The position numbers and the translations under genes were made by a program. The notes beneath the pieces were generated by a model. The model did no database searches. It worked only from the letters and a program-made list of their open reading frames with translations, and was not told the origin of the DNA. Shown in pieces: positions 11,101 to 19,516 of a DNA stretch of 61,480 nt (the first letter of the stretch is position 1; every line of letters begins with the position of its first letter). This stretch comes from a virus (taxonomy: Duplodnaviria; Caudoviricetes). Location: positions 1 to 61,480 of the IMG/VR virus record IMGVR_UViG_3300032290_001212; one strand, 5' to 3'.

Positions 11101-12717
11101 GGCAATTGCGATCAACAACATCGGAAGCACCGAAGCCATAAAGTTGAGAGCCGCAGTTTTCATAGCCATAAAGCCCTGAACGGTCATAGCCGTGAAAGCC
11201 TGCATCCCGGTAGCACCAAATCGACTAGCGGTAGCAAAATACTCCACCATCCCGGAAGCAAACATCGTGGCTTTACCAAACAACATTTGTGCGGTAGTCG
11301 CCGTACCTGTAGCAATCGCACTCTGGGCTGCAGCAACCTTCTGCATTACCAAAGCGGCAACAAACTTGACACCAATGAGGATAATTAAAGGCTCAAGCAA
11401 AGGCCCCATCATCTCAAGCACAGAAGCAAACGCATAGAACGCGCCAGAAACAACTGTAATAACCCCTGCAAGTGGCCCAGCCAACACCTCAACAATGCTT
11501 GAAATGCCTTCCAAAATCGCTTCTGCAGCCCGACCAATAGCCTTGCTGAACTTAAGGAAAGCAGGAACTAATGGAACTGCAGCCTTCGCTACGCGAGAAA
11601 AACTGTCTCGAAGTTTAGGGTTCAAAGCAACAAGCACACCGATACCAGCAACTACCGGGTTCAAACCGCCTGCCAAGCCCTTCAAAGGTGTCATTAGCAA
11701 AAGACTCTTACCAGCCATCGTTGTTATAGCGGTTGCGGCAGCCATCAACATTGGCGTGAACTTGCTAATGGACTCTCCTAATCCATCAACATCAAGTTTC
11801 GCATCTTTGAAGTTTTTAATCATTGCGGCTAACTTCTCAATACCAGCCGTAAATGGGGCAAACAGCATCGTCATAGCGGTTGTCAACTCGCTAACAACTG
11901 GATATAAAGCCCCGCCTTCACGAAGTAACTTTGAAAACCCGGAGAACAAGTCATATGAGGCTTTAATCATTGGGCCGAAACCAGCAAGCAACGCATTACC
12001 CATCGCCACCTGCATATCGTTCACAATTCGAGGGAACGAACGTAGAACCTTTCCGGGTTCTTGCATGGCCGCCGTGTAAACACCAGCAACCTTTGCACCT
12101 TCATCCATGATCAGGTTGATAATTGCCTGTTGACGCTCTTGAGCGTTCAAAGTGTTTGAGGTTTTACCGATTTCTAATGCGTAACGGGCATAACCTGCTG
12201 AAGCTTGCTCTGAAACACCAGCAGATTTGAGCAACATACTGTTACCCGTTTTGATAGCACGGGTCAGAATCATTGCCGTATCGGTTGAGTTCTTTTGCGA
12301 AATAACCGCCAAGTCCTGTGCTACACGCGCAACTTTGGAGGCTTCAGCCATATCAAGGTTGCCTTGAGCAAACTCAATAGCCATCTGCTGTGCGGCAGCC
12401 ATCTCAATACCGTTGTCACGGATGGCGTTAGCAGCCGATTTAATGTTTTTTGCACCGATCCCGGTGGACTTACCAATCGCATCAATAGCGACGTTCAACT
12501 CCGAAACACGGGCGGCAGCTTGGAATGATGCTTTGCCCCATTTGACAAGGGCAAAAGCAGCACCACCAATAACAGCCCCGGCAGCGACTAAGCCTTTATT
12601 TACGCCACCAACGGTTTGATTTAACTGATTTGCAGAGGATGAGGCTTGTTGAAAAGCCTTGGTGAAGCCATCGTCAATCGCACGTAAGTGCGCTATAACT
12701 TGGATATCTTCGGCCAT
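8134..12717 (-). CDS. Tape measure protein
   Basis: 1527 aa, Ala-rich helical, central hydrophobic region, C-terminal AKGG...GEKGPEAIIP; follows tail assembly chaperone. Confidence 0.93.
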   Translation of the reverse strand: MAEDIQVIAHLRAIDDGFTKAFQQASSSANQLNQTVGGVNKGLVAAGAVIGGAAFALVKWGKASFQAAARVSELNVAIDAIGKSTGIGAKNIKSAANAIRDNGIEMAAAQQMAIEFAQGNLDMAEASKVARVAQDLAVISQKNSTDTAMILTRAIKTGNSMLLKSAGVSEQASAGYARYALEIGKTSNTLNAQERQQAIINLIMDEGAKVAGVYTAAMQEPGKVLRSFPRIVNDMQVAMGNALLAGFGPMIKASYDLFSGFSKLLREGGALYPVVSELTTAMTMLFAPFTAGIEKLAAMIKNFKDAKLDVDGLGESISKFTPMLMAAATAITTMAGKSLLLMTPLKGLAGGLNPVVAGIGVLVALNPKLRDSFSRVAKAAVPLVPAFLKFSKAIGRAAEAILEGISSIVEVLAGPLAGVITVVSGAFYAFASVLEMMGPLLEPLIILIGVKFVAALVMQKVAAAQSAIATGTATTAQMLFGKATMFASGMVEYFATASRFGATGMQAFTAMTVQGFMAMKTAALNFMASVLPMLLIAIALYAVFKIFTAFSNRNKQVEERTKALTEAIDTQVASLKKNKEALSQYLSSTEQLGKTILKTGEDGEKLSSALNYVNASQEDAIPTLMAFNKSSYDAAYAMAIMAGASVAGAKDIASAVSAYDDNGTVIGEVSAQYKDLAAQIEELDDQAEKTSIKDFVQGHLDAVVALGKEEAQIVRNIQATTEAELKAAGKVATDQTYLDILNAVGKELNKTSDAEKKVAKETEKAEMAVSTMIDRLKEFKAAAEDGKATAEEMAKAMFGIENYDAVANAKTWYEMREAMTGVQDAAKAARGDFDSLTSAGFDLFEQINKNSAAMYNMGKGKEEIAAASSVMIEGFIRSAKAGKATDEQINAILESMNLLSGLRTKVMIDADITGVKEKIAAVVKALELMNPAKSRDDTQARYLAQLNATLAVLEKESKAYDSVAGSLTRVSDASKKAGDADKALQKQKEKLIEQITKKYNVAIEAASKKLEELKAKLDALRSATDDAIMGAFDFGNAMSVAKQKADEYNEKIEEARQIHDDYAKSVGDSISSILSMSDAISKQQSAAQDLVTANENLAKAQDMADTANQKFNDAIDKYSNASGRKARREAFEEIQKAAIDLIPAQEALADATDKASAAQAKQISFLDQLRAQVEQAKGFAGKIQQLLTMGLSKDGMDQIIQAGAVTGGLMADELIAGGSAAVAETNRLFTEIGEVSEKAGLKVADQYFKVGDRVGADFIAALAAQAQNATAFAEKIKQLIAAGFSPGAIQQVLNAGVEAGSEIAQALLDGGSEAVATSTKIENSLLETAENLKTLLGSTFYDAGIALAQKLVDGLEARLEALQDSMPDLTIPELTDLAGKDATTGAPPKTVADKISAAKAVAASGKYGSFISAVRDLHPEAGALKSSTPVASAKIAFPNLYAAFKAQGLTHAKGGLITSPQIGMIGEKGPEAIIPMDRLERMMGGGQPINITVNAGMGADGASIGDAIVNELIRYQRRNGKIPVKTQ

Positions 12718-12721
12718 TTAA

Positions 12722-12916
12722 TCACCTCCTGCGTTTGCTTGCTTGTTCAGCCTCGTAAGCCCTTAACTTGTATAGGGCGGCCCACTCGACTATTTCGGCA
12801 GAGGTGATTGGGAGATGGGCAGGTGAGCCGTACAAAAGTTCAGCCACCGTGCGCCCCAACTTCTCCGCTAGTTCGAAGAGGAACCGCCGTTCTGTGTTGA
12901 TGAGGAGTCTTTTCCC
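12722..12916 (-). other. Programmed -1 frameshift site GGGAAAA (12910-12916) and C-terminal extension of tail chaperone (gpGT-like)
   Basis: G GGA AAA in the chaperone frame; -1 frame reads RLLINTERRFLFELAEKLGRTVAELL...SAEIVEWAALYKL to stop at 12722. Confidence 0.85.
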
Positions 12917-13251
12917 GCTACATCAATGGCATCAGCACCAAAACCCGACAATCGCATAGCGACCGTGTTGATCTTCTCCAACGCCGCGCCATTCTTGGAC
13001 ATGATGGTGTCCTTGTCAGCGTGGGTAAACACAGGTTCGCCCGTTTCCGGGTCGTAAACGCATGTGACAACGACTTCTGGCATCATCTTCGCAAAGTTGA
13101 CATTGCCATTGTTGTCGGCTGCATCCTGAACAATCGCTGCGCGAGCAGCTCCGCTCATACCTCTAACTTCTACTTCGACACCCCATTGGTCAATCTTGAC
13201 GATTTCTCGTTGAAGGTCATCTACTGCAATAATGCGGTCACGTAAGGACAC
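12868..13251 (-). CDS. Tail assembly chaperone (gpG-like)
   Basis: Between tail tube and tape measure genes; ends near a slippery site. Confidence 0.85.
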   Translation of the reverse strand: MSLRDRIIAVDDLQREIVKIDQWGVEVEVRGMSGAARAAIVQDAADNNGNVNFAKMMPEVVVTCVYDPETGEPVFTHADKDTIMSKNGAALEKINTVAMRLSGFGADAIDVAGKDSSSTQNGGSSSN

Positions 13252-13305
13252 GATATTTCTCCTGTGTTTGTTGGTTTTTGGGTTTATGATTTGCCTATTG
13301 GCTTA

Positions 13306-13725
13306 TCACGACCAAGTGGTGCGAGTGATTTGACCCGTCACTTGGAAATCTGCTGTTGCCTGAACTGCGTCACCAACGGAAGCCGAGGTGTTGTATGAGG
13401 TCATAATGCACTCGCCTGTGTACTTCACAGCACCTGAAGCCGAACCTGCTGGGCCGTATTCAAAGGAAAGAGTTGCTGATTGACCGAGAACTGCTGCAAG
13501 GGTTGTGTCTGCTGTTGCATCAAACAAACCTGACGCGCTGAAAGTCGCATCCGACAAGCCAACGATGTAGGTCTTTGCTGAACCAGCAACACCGAAAGTC
13601 GTGGTTTCCGCTGTCTCAATTGAGCGAGATAGCGAAACGTCGTTTAGATATGGGGAATAGTCAACGAGCGAACCCGAAGCGTTGTCCAACTTGAATACTG
13701 CTGATTTGCCATGTACGAATGCCAC
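13306..13725 (-). CDS. Major tail (tube) protein
   Basis: ETAETTTFG...KTYIVGL.D.T; YTGECIMTSY; position upstream of chaperone. Confidence 0.85.
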   Translation of the reverse strand: MAFVHGKSAVFKLDNASGSLVDYSPYLNDVSLSRSIETAETTTFGVAGSAKTYIVGLSDATFSASGLFDATADTTLAAVLGQSATLSFEYGPAGSASGAVKYTGECIMTSYNTSASVGDAVQATADFQVTGQITRTTWS

Positions 13726-13728
13726 GAT

Positions 13729-14460
13729 TTACCTCCGGGCGAATGAAACTTGATATGTGATTGAGCCTGTACCTGCGGAAAGCGTGTTTTGCGCCCTCAG
13801 GTATCGGTTTACGGTGGTGCCAGCCGCAACTGCGACCCGTTCCGAAGTTGTAACCGTTGTTGCTACAACGGTAAATGTTGCCAAGTCAGCCCAAGTTGAG
13901 TTGTCTGACGAGTGTTGAACCTTGATAGTCGCATTAGCAGATCGGCTGTTTACAGTCACATGAAGTTGTGCCAAACCACCATTTGCGGTCGAAGCCGAGT
14001 TATCTACCGAAGTGCTGTTTGTGGTTGACGAAATAGAGGCAAGGGAAGCAAGGGAAACGCCATGATCAATGCCACCATCAGCTTGAGCGTCATAGGAAAC
14101 CGAAACAACATCGCCAACAGGTGCGGAAACCGAATATGAGGTTGTCTTTGCCAAAAGCAATTTGACCTTGTTCCCAATGGTTGAACCTTCCGGGAAGAAA
14201 GAAACAGGGGCATTGGTATCAGAACCGACAGAAGCTGTAATGACTTCATCAACAGCGTTCGCATCACCGTCAAACATCCCGGAAGCCGACACAGTACCGT
14301 CTTTCAAGCCTGTGATATAGGTTTTCGCTGAACCAGCGACACCAAACGTGGTGGTTTCAGCTGTTTCTACGGAGTTTGAAATTGAGCCATCGTTCAGAAA
14401 GGCACTTAGATCATAAGCACCGTGCAGAATTGAAGCACCTTTTCCATGAATAAAGGCCAT
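13729..14460 (-). CDS. Second tail tube-like protein with C-terminal extension
   Basis: N-terminal ~125 aa paralogous to 13306..13725 (MAF.HGK, ETAETTTFGVAGSAKTYI). Confidence 0.8.
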   Translation of the reverse strand: MAFIHGKGASILHGAYDLSAFLNDGSISNSVETAETTTFGVAGSAKTYITGLKDGTVSASGMFDGDANAVDEVITASVGSDTNAPVSFFPEGSTIGNKVKLLLAKTTSYSVSAPVGDVVSVSYDAQADGGIDHGVSLASLASISSTTNSTSVDNSASTANGGLAQLHVTVNSRSANATIKVQHSSDNSTWADLATFTVVATTVTTSERVAVAAGTTVNRYLRAQNTLSAGTGSITYQVSFARR

Positions 14461-14693
14461 TACTTTTCCTCCGAATCAATCGCATCAGCAACAATTGGGG
14501 CAGCCTCTTCAACGACTGGAGCAGGCTCTGGTTTAACTTCGACTTTTGCCTTGGTAGAACCATCAGCAAGTTCAATAATTCCTTGTTCTTTAAGCCAAGA
14601 AATAGACTTTGATGGAATGTCGTCAACGATCTCGCCTGCTTCAACGCGGCGATCTAGGTAATCTAACCCTTGTTTTACGAGGTATTTCGGCAT
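14460..14693 (-). CDS. Small hypothetical virion-associated protein
   Basis: MPKY.V..GLDY..RRVEAGEIVDDIP.KSI.WL; RBS AGGAG before 14693. Confidence 0.65.
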   Translation of the reverse strand: MPKYLVKQGLDYLDRRVEAGEIVDDIPSKSISWLKEQGIIELADGSTKAKVEVKPEPAPVVEEAAPIVADAIDSEEK

Positions 14694-14699
14694 CTGTAC

Positions 14700-14798
14700 T
14701 CCTGATAGTGGCACGTGGCTCTACCCCGGATACCGACCTGACCACAAGGGTACGAACGGGCGATGCCGAGGTCACGAGGACACGAAGAACTATCAGGA
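14700..14798 (-). promoter_or_regulatory. Structured leader: 10-bp inverted repeat sequestering the RBS of the tail operon
   Basis: TCCTGATAGT (14700-14709) pairs with ACTATCAGGA (14789-14798); internal GTGnCC-like repeats. Confidence 0.5.
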
Positions 14799-14838
14799 CT
14801 TTACATCGCATCAGCCATAAGGCCGACTGTATATGGCT

Positions 14839-15375
14839 TTAGTTCACACTCCAAGGTTTCCAACCTGCAACATCAAACAGCAATCTGCCTGCCTTCAAGT
14901 TAGTAAACGCATCCAACAACGGTTCTTGAGTGCAGATCTTCATTTGCTTACACACCAACCCTGCATATTGGGCGTGGTCTTTCTTCCAATGAACTCCGTT
15001 GATCTGTAGAAGTCCACTATCTGAAGGGTGGCTCATGGTCAGCATTTTTACGATGTTGCAGTTTTTGTCAACTGCCGAACCACCAATCCGGGCAGGGCAA
15101 CAACCTGACTCGCGAGCAATAATGTGCATCAAGCGAGGGATCTGCTTCTCCTGCCACCCGGCAGCCAAAGCCACAGGGGGAATCCAAGAACAATCACCGT
15201 GCTGATAAACCTCAGGCAAAACATATGCCGGGTTTTTGGCTTCCAAAGCTGAAAGCGAAACATGGGGGGCTGGGTTAGCAATCTCTGGGGCTGAAGCCGC
15301 CTGAACTGCTGAAATCAAGCCAATAACAGTACTTAATATGGTTACCGCTGTTGCGGTTAAAAACATTTTCTTCAT
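14839..15375 (-). CDS. Secreted lytic transglycosylase (SLT/lysozyme-like)
   Basis: Signal peptide; ARES catalytic Glu, DSGLLQIN, N...G..L...GWKPW. Confidence 0.85.
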   Translation of the reverse strand: MKKMFLTATAVTILSTVIGLISAVQAASAPEIANPAPHVSLSALEAKNPAYVLPEVYQHGDCSWIPPVALAAGWQEKQIPRLMHIIARESGCCPARIGGSAVDKNCNIVKMLTMSHPSDSGLLQINGVHWKKDHAQYAGLVCKQMKICTQEPLLDAFTNLKAGRLLFDVAGWKPWSVN

Positions 15376-15589
15376 CGGTTACCTCCGAGAATCGAGTAAT
15401 AAGGGCAGGCTAAACGCATTAGGTAATGCGAAGCCATCAATCTTTTTGTTTTACCTCCTGATGGAGTTCTACGTATGGGATTGGCACCTCGCAAGGTGCG
15501 CTGTCACTTTCAACCTGTCTAACGACCCTCCCAAGTCGCTCAAACCGCTTGGTAGATCTTACAGACCTAAATCACCCAAGGCAAGCACT

Positions 15590-15754
15590 TCAGGCCCCGT
15601 TTTTGGCTTTGCAGCGATGGCAAACAATAACCCAAGGTCTAGTAACCGAGACTGCAAGCATCTTTTTACACCTCCAGCAACGCGGTTCTGAATCTCCTGT
15701 AACCCCTTTGCCATAAGCATTTACAGGGATTTCCGGGTTATCTACCCCAGCCAT
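15590..15754 (-). CDS. Com-family zinc-ribbon protein (54 aa, not in ORF track)
   Basis: MAGVDNPEIPVNAYGKGVTGDSEPRCWRCKKMLAVSVTRPWVIVCHRCKAKNGA; RCxxCxKxLA...CxRCKxxN pattern of Mu Com-like proteins. Confidence 0.7.
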   Translation of the reverse strand: MAGVDNPEIPVNAYGKGVTGDSEPRCWRCKKMLAVSVTRPWVIVCHRCKAKNGA

Positions 15755-16137
15755 ACGGTGAAATCGCATCCGATAAGAGCTCGGTCGTCACCGTCTCGAC
15801 TCAATGGATAAACCTCAGAAGTCGCCAACATCGTCAAAATACCCACCCCAGAAAGGGTTGTATTCCTTATAGCCCCAAGAACATTGCGAACAGCAACTGC
15901 CTTGGCGCGAGCCGTTGGATAATCGTTTCGTGCAGCTCGACAGATCACCCGGATACGTTGATGATCAATCGCATACACCCCAGATCCGAACGTGTGATCA
16001 GGGCCGCCACCATCCGATTCATAAAGGGTTACACAAGCATCAGGGGCATCCGGGGCGCGAGACAAGAAAATGTCTGTAGCCAAAGTACCTTGCCCCTGAG
16101 CAGCAAGATATGTACCCAACGCATCCAAAATAGCCAT
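15742..16137 (-). CDS. Tail terminator / minor capsid-type head-tail protein
   Basis: IF....PD.PD.CVTLYE..G; neck module position. Confidence 0.8.
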   Translation of the reverse strand: MAILDALGTYLAAQGQGTLATDIFLSRAPDAPDACVTLYESDGGGPDHTFGSGVYAIDHQRIRVICRAARNDYPTARAKAVAVRNVLGAIRNTTLSGVGILTMLATSEVYPLSRDGDDRALIGCDFTVWLG

Positions 16138-16568
16138 CAGTTAGGTCCCTCGGTAGAAGCCCTGTCAATTAGAGCCTGTATTCGTTGAGCCAAACGAGCC
16201 GATAAACCAACAGAAGCAGCCAACATTGGATCTTCCAAATAGTGCGATTTGCGACCCGGAGCATGTTTGAAGTCTTCGTTTTCGTGCTGGATAATCGCAT
16301 AGTTCACTAACTGACCGCCGCCTGCAACCCCACCATAAGTGATTTCGACTGAAGTGGTTTTGCCAACCATAAATGGCTCATGCACTCGACCAGAGGAAGC
16401 CAAAGCCCCACGATCATAAGGAACTTGCTTGCGCGATTCAGCCAAAACAGCTTGTGCCTCAGCATAAATAGCTTCTTTGATGTTCCCGGAATAGCCAGTG
16501 ACGACACGGCGGCCAAGAGAAATAACCGACGTAAGACCATCCACCGCAACCACCTGTTTACGCGCCAT
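16137..16568 (-). CDS. HK97 gp10-like neck protein
   Basis: VP.DRGAL..SG, YAIIQHE, K.HYLE.P; likely start MARKQ at 16568. Confidence 0.8.
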   Translation of the reverse strand: MARKQVVAVDGLTSVISLGRRVVTGYSGNIKEAIYAEAQAVLAESRKQVPYDRGALASSGRVHEPFMVGKTTSVEITYGGVAGGGQLVNYAIIQHENEDFKHAPGRKSHYLEDPMLAASVGLSARLAQRIQALIDRASTEGPN

Positions 16569-16569
16569 G

Positions 16570-16896
16570 TCAGTTACCAAACGACACAGTTGTGTGGTGC
16601 GCTCCCGTATCGTCATTATGAACCTGAACCGAAAGGATCAGAGGCGAACTACCGTCAGGTAACAAAATCTTGGAATCCGTTGTAATTGTTGGGTTTCCGT
16701 AGAAAATGATCGTTCCAACTTCGTAAACATCACGCCCGTCAGCCGATTTAACCACTCGACCAGTTTCCATAACTCGGCAATTAGTTGCAGTTCCAGTAGC
16801 AGAGAAAGTGAACTTTCCATACGCATCCATAGATGATTTCGGGTAAACGGTTACCTCGGAAGGCATCATTTCAAGGAAAGCGGCCTCAATGGTCAT
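16570..16896 (-). CDS. Head closure/stopper protein
   Basis: D.YG motif, 108 aa, between adaptor and neck. Confidence 0.7.
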   Translation of the reverse strand: MTIEAAFLEMMPSEVTVYPKSSMDAYGKFTFSATGTATNCRVMETGRVVKSADGRDVYEVGTIIFYGNPTITTDSKILLPDGSSPLILSVQVHNDDTGAHHTTVSFGN

Positions 16897-17651
16897 TCTG
16901 GGAAGTCCTGAATAGGTGGAATATAAGCCATTCCAGAACCTGTATTACGCCCCATACCAATTGAGAACTCTGAAGTGACCGGGAATCCAGTCGCATCCCA
17001 ATTAGGAGAAGGAGGTGCGGCCCTCATAGCAGTAGTTCTCAAACGTGAAGCGCGATCCAAAAAGGTCTTTGCTGTAGCACCAAATTGAGTGGAAATTGAA
17101 AGATCACCAACGCTCCGTGAATAATCACTTTTCGCGCTGTACTTACCAGCAATAGCTTCACAAGCAAATGCGGCCGACAAATACGCATCATTGTTCCATT
17201 CTGAAAGCAAAAATGAGATCTCTTCATCGGCAATCTGCTGGTTTGCGGAATCAGTATCCCCGCACAAGAATCTCACCTTGTCCAATGTCCGGGCTGAAGG
17301 ATTACCTGAATACGACCATTGAGAGGCTGTTTGAGCCACAATTTGCACCGTAATCATGCCGATGTTCGGTGCTGTAAGCCTCCTAGGGCCGCTAAAAGTT
17401 GCCGTAAATGAAGCTACATAGAATCCGTCATCCAAAGTCGCATCGGTAGCAGTCCAAGGGTATTCGACCTCTCCAGTAGCAGCCGTAACAACCGTACAAA
17501 CACCGTCAGTAATCACCTGAGTATCAGTAGCCACATTCCACATATTGAAAGTGACAGTTGCACCTGTTAAATCTGTGCCTGCACCATCGGTCAGGAACTG
17601 GCGCGACAACTTAGGAAGACGGTCGCCTTTTTTGATGGTTACTTCAGCCAT
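16893..17651 (-). CDS. Fusion of BppU-like beta domain and head-tail adaptor
   Basis: N-term IK.GD.LP..DLTGATV.F..G.VEY.W; C-term WSYSGNP..DKVRFL.GDTD...DEEI. Confidence 0.75.
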   Translation of the reverse strand: MAEVTIKKGDRLPKLSRQFLTDGAGTDLTGATVTFNMWNVATDTQVITDGVCTVVTAATGEVEYPWTATDATLDDGFYVASFTATFSGPRRLTAPNIGMITVQIVAQTASQWSYSGNPSARTLDKVRFLCGDTDSANQQIADEEISFLLSEWNNDAYLSAAFACEAIAGKYSAKSDYSRSVGDLSISTQFGATAKTFLDRASRLRTTAMRAAPPSPNWDATGFPVTSEFSIGMGRNTGSGMAYIPPIQDFPE

Positions 17652-18865
17652 TATTGCCCTAACGTTACGGTTCCAGTTTTACCTACAGATGTGACGCTGA
17701 GTTTATTACCAGTCGTCACAATGCCTTGCGATACCGAGGTTGTGGTGACAGAAGAGATATTCCCGGTTACATCCGTTGATCCCTCTGTAAATGAAACTGG
17801 CACATCTATTAGCCCTTCAGACAAAGCTGCCCCCAAACCAGTTCCAGAAGCAGACCTAATTGCCGTTACAAAAGCAACAACCGTTGCGCTCCCAGAAGCC
17901 AAATCCGTTACCGCTCTAAGAACTGTCCTCAAACGCATCGCTGTCGAGCCGCTTGTTCCATCACCTGCGGCCGAACGAGGACTGATATGCAAACCGTCAG
18001 AACTTCCATCACCCAAAGCAACATCTGAGCCAACACCTAAAACTGTGCGAAGTTTCTCTGCCGAAGAATCACCCAAACCAGATCCACTAGCAGTCCTTGA
18101 CCTTGTTATAAGACCATTCGCATCACCACTTCCAGCCCCGGAAGCCGAAACTGCTCGAATATGGGTAGTTTTTTTGGCCGCCGACTCTGAACTAGAGCCT
18201 GTATTTGCACCTGTTCTAACGCGAATGTAATTACCAGAAGCAGAGTCACTAGCGGTAGAGCCACCATCACCATAGGCAGAACGATAAGCCTCATAAGCAA
18301 TAGCAATAAACGAGTCACTAGACCCTGAACCATTCGCATCAATAAACGTGGATCGAAGAACTGTGACTGAACTATCAGAAGAACCAGAACCCGAAGCCGT
18401 GCGAATTGCCCCAACAAAACCATTAGCCGAACTGTTGCCAATCGCATCAGCAGAAGCTGTACGCCCAACAACCCTTACACCAACTGATGTTTCTGCCCCC
18501 TGCCCACTATTAGAACCAGCCGCAAACGTGGTTCGTACAACAATCGCATCAGATGTTCCTTGACCGCTCCCGGAAGCAGCAATTGACTGTATGCCGTTAA
18601 GAACGCCACCGCCATCTAATTTGCCTAATAACGGATTATCAAGGGTAAACCCGTCAACAAGTTTGAAGGTAGCAGTCGCTAATTCGCTACCAGAACCCGA
18701 ACCTGTAGCAGAACGGCTAGATGTACTATTCCGACAAACAGCAGAAGAACCACTTGTGCCAGAACCTGAAGCGGTTTCCTGAAACTGTCCATTAAGAACA
18801 CCTGACGTGCCATCTAAAATCCCGTAAACCGGGTCATTTAGAAGGAACGCGTTGACGATAGCCAC
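17651..18865 (-). CDS. Ser/Gly/Ala-rich repetitive virion (head fibre-like) protein
   Basis: ~22-aa R.A.GSG repeats; F.L..P..G.LDG motifs. Confidence 0.7.
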   Translation of the reverse strand: MAIVNAFLLNDPVYGILDGTSGVLNGQFQETASGSGTSGSSAVCRNSTSSRSATGSGSGSELATATFKLVDGFTLDNPLLGKLDGGGVLNGIQSIAASGSGQGTSDAIVVRTTFAAGSNSGQGAETSVGVRVVGRTASADAIGNSSANGFVGAIRTASGSGSSDSSVTVLRSTFIDANGSGSSDSFIAIAYEAYRSAYGDGGSTASDSASGNYIRVRTGANTGSSSESAAKKTTHIRAVSASGAGSGDANGLITRSRTASGSGLGDSSAEKLRTVLGVGSDVALGDGSSDGLHISPRSAAGDGTSGSTAMRLRTVLRAVTDLASGSATVVAFVTAIRSASGTGLGAALSEGLIDVPVSFTEGSTDVTGNISSVTTTSVSQGIVTTGNKLSVTSVGKTGTVTLGQ

Positions 18866-18879
18866 AAGGGGCTACGCGA

Positions 18880-19242
18880 TCAGTCGAGGGTCAGAGTCAG
18901 CGAAGTGATCTGAAAAGTGTCGCCAGCGGTTACAGCAGCTGAAGATGAAAAAGCACCAGACCACAAGCAGTTACCCGAAGTTGACGCATCCCACAACGAC
19001 CAATGGCTATAAGTCTCAGTTGTCGAAACGTTAGTCCAAGTCACAGTTGCAGAAGAAGCAATTGCCCCGGCTGAAGCAGCCGAAAACGAAATTGACTTAC
19101 GAGTGGTTTCAGCAGCAGGATTACTTGTGCCATTTTCACCCGGATCACCTAAATGCAACTTGACATAAGGGCTTGCAACAGCAAAAGAAACGTTGCGAAG
19201 AGTGTCCAAGAACGCGAGTTCGCCGTAGTTAGAGATCGTCAT
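18880..19242 (-). CDS. Conserved virion structural protein
   Basis: YVKLH.GDPG; WDASTSGNCL; AGDTF.I. Confidence 0.75.
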   Translation of the reverse strand: MTISNYGELAFLDTLRNVSFAVASPYVKLHLGDPGENGTSNPAAETTRKSISFSAASAGAIASSATVTWTNVSTTETYSHWSLWDASTSGNCLWSGAFSSSAAVTAGDTFQITSLTLTLD

Positions 19243-19472
19243 TAGTTACCTTCTTCTTGAATCTTGGTCTTCTTGGCCTTCGGCTTAGGGGCTTCAACAA
19301 CCTCTTCCGGGGCTGAAGGTTCAACAGAAATAGTCTTTTCCATTACCTCAGCCAAAAAACGACCGTTAACCAACTGGCGAACATTACGCCAACCCTCAGC
19401 ATCCACAAGGGTGCCAGTAGGGATAGTTGATCCATCGCTTGCCGAAATTGGTTTGAGAACTCTGTATGCCAT
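19242..19472 (-). CDS. Small head-associated hypothetical protein
   Basis: G.LVD..GWRN...L...RFL; downstream of capsid gene. Confidence 0.65.
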   Translation of the reverse strand: MAYRVLKPISASDGSTIPTGTLVDAEGWRNVRQLVNGRFLAEVMEKTISVEPSAPEEVVEAPKPKAKKTKIQEEGN

Positions 19473-19516
19473 AAAAGCCTTTCAGGTAGGTCTGATCAAG
19501 TCAGAATACTTGAAGG

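Noticed and set aside
15376-15585. ydaO c-di-AMP riboswitch, raiA RNA or pistol ribozyme
   Set aside because: Only short word matches (GGTTGAAAGT, TTTGAGCGA); the full consensus elements and length are not present.
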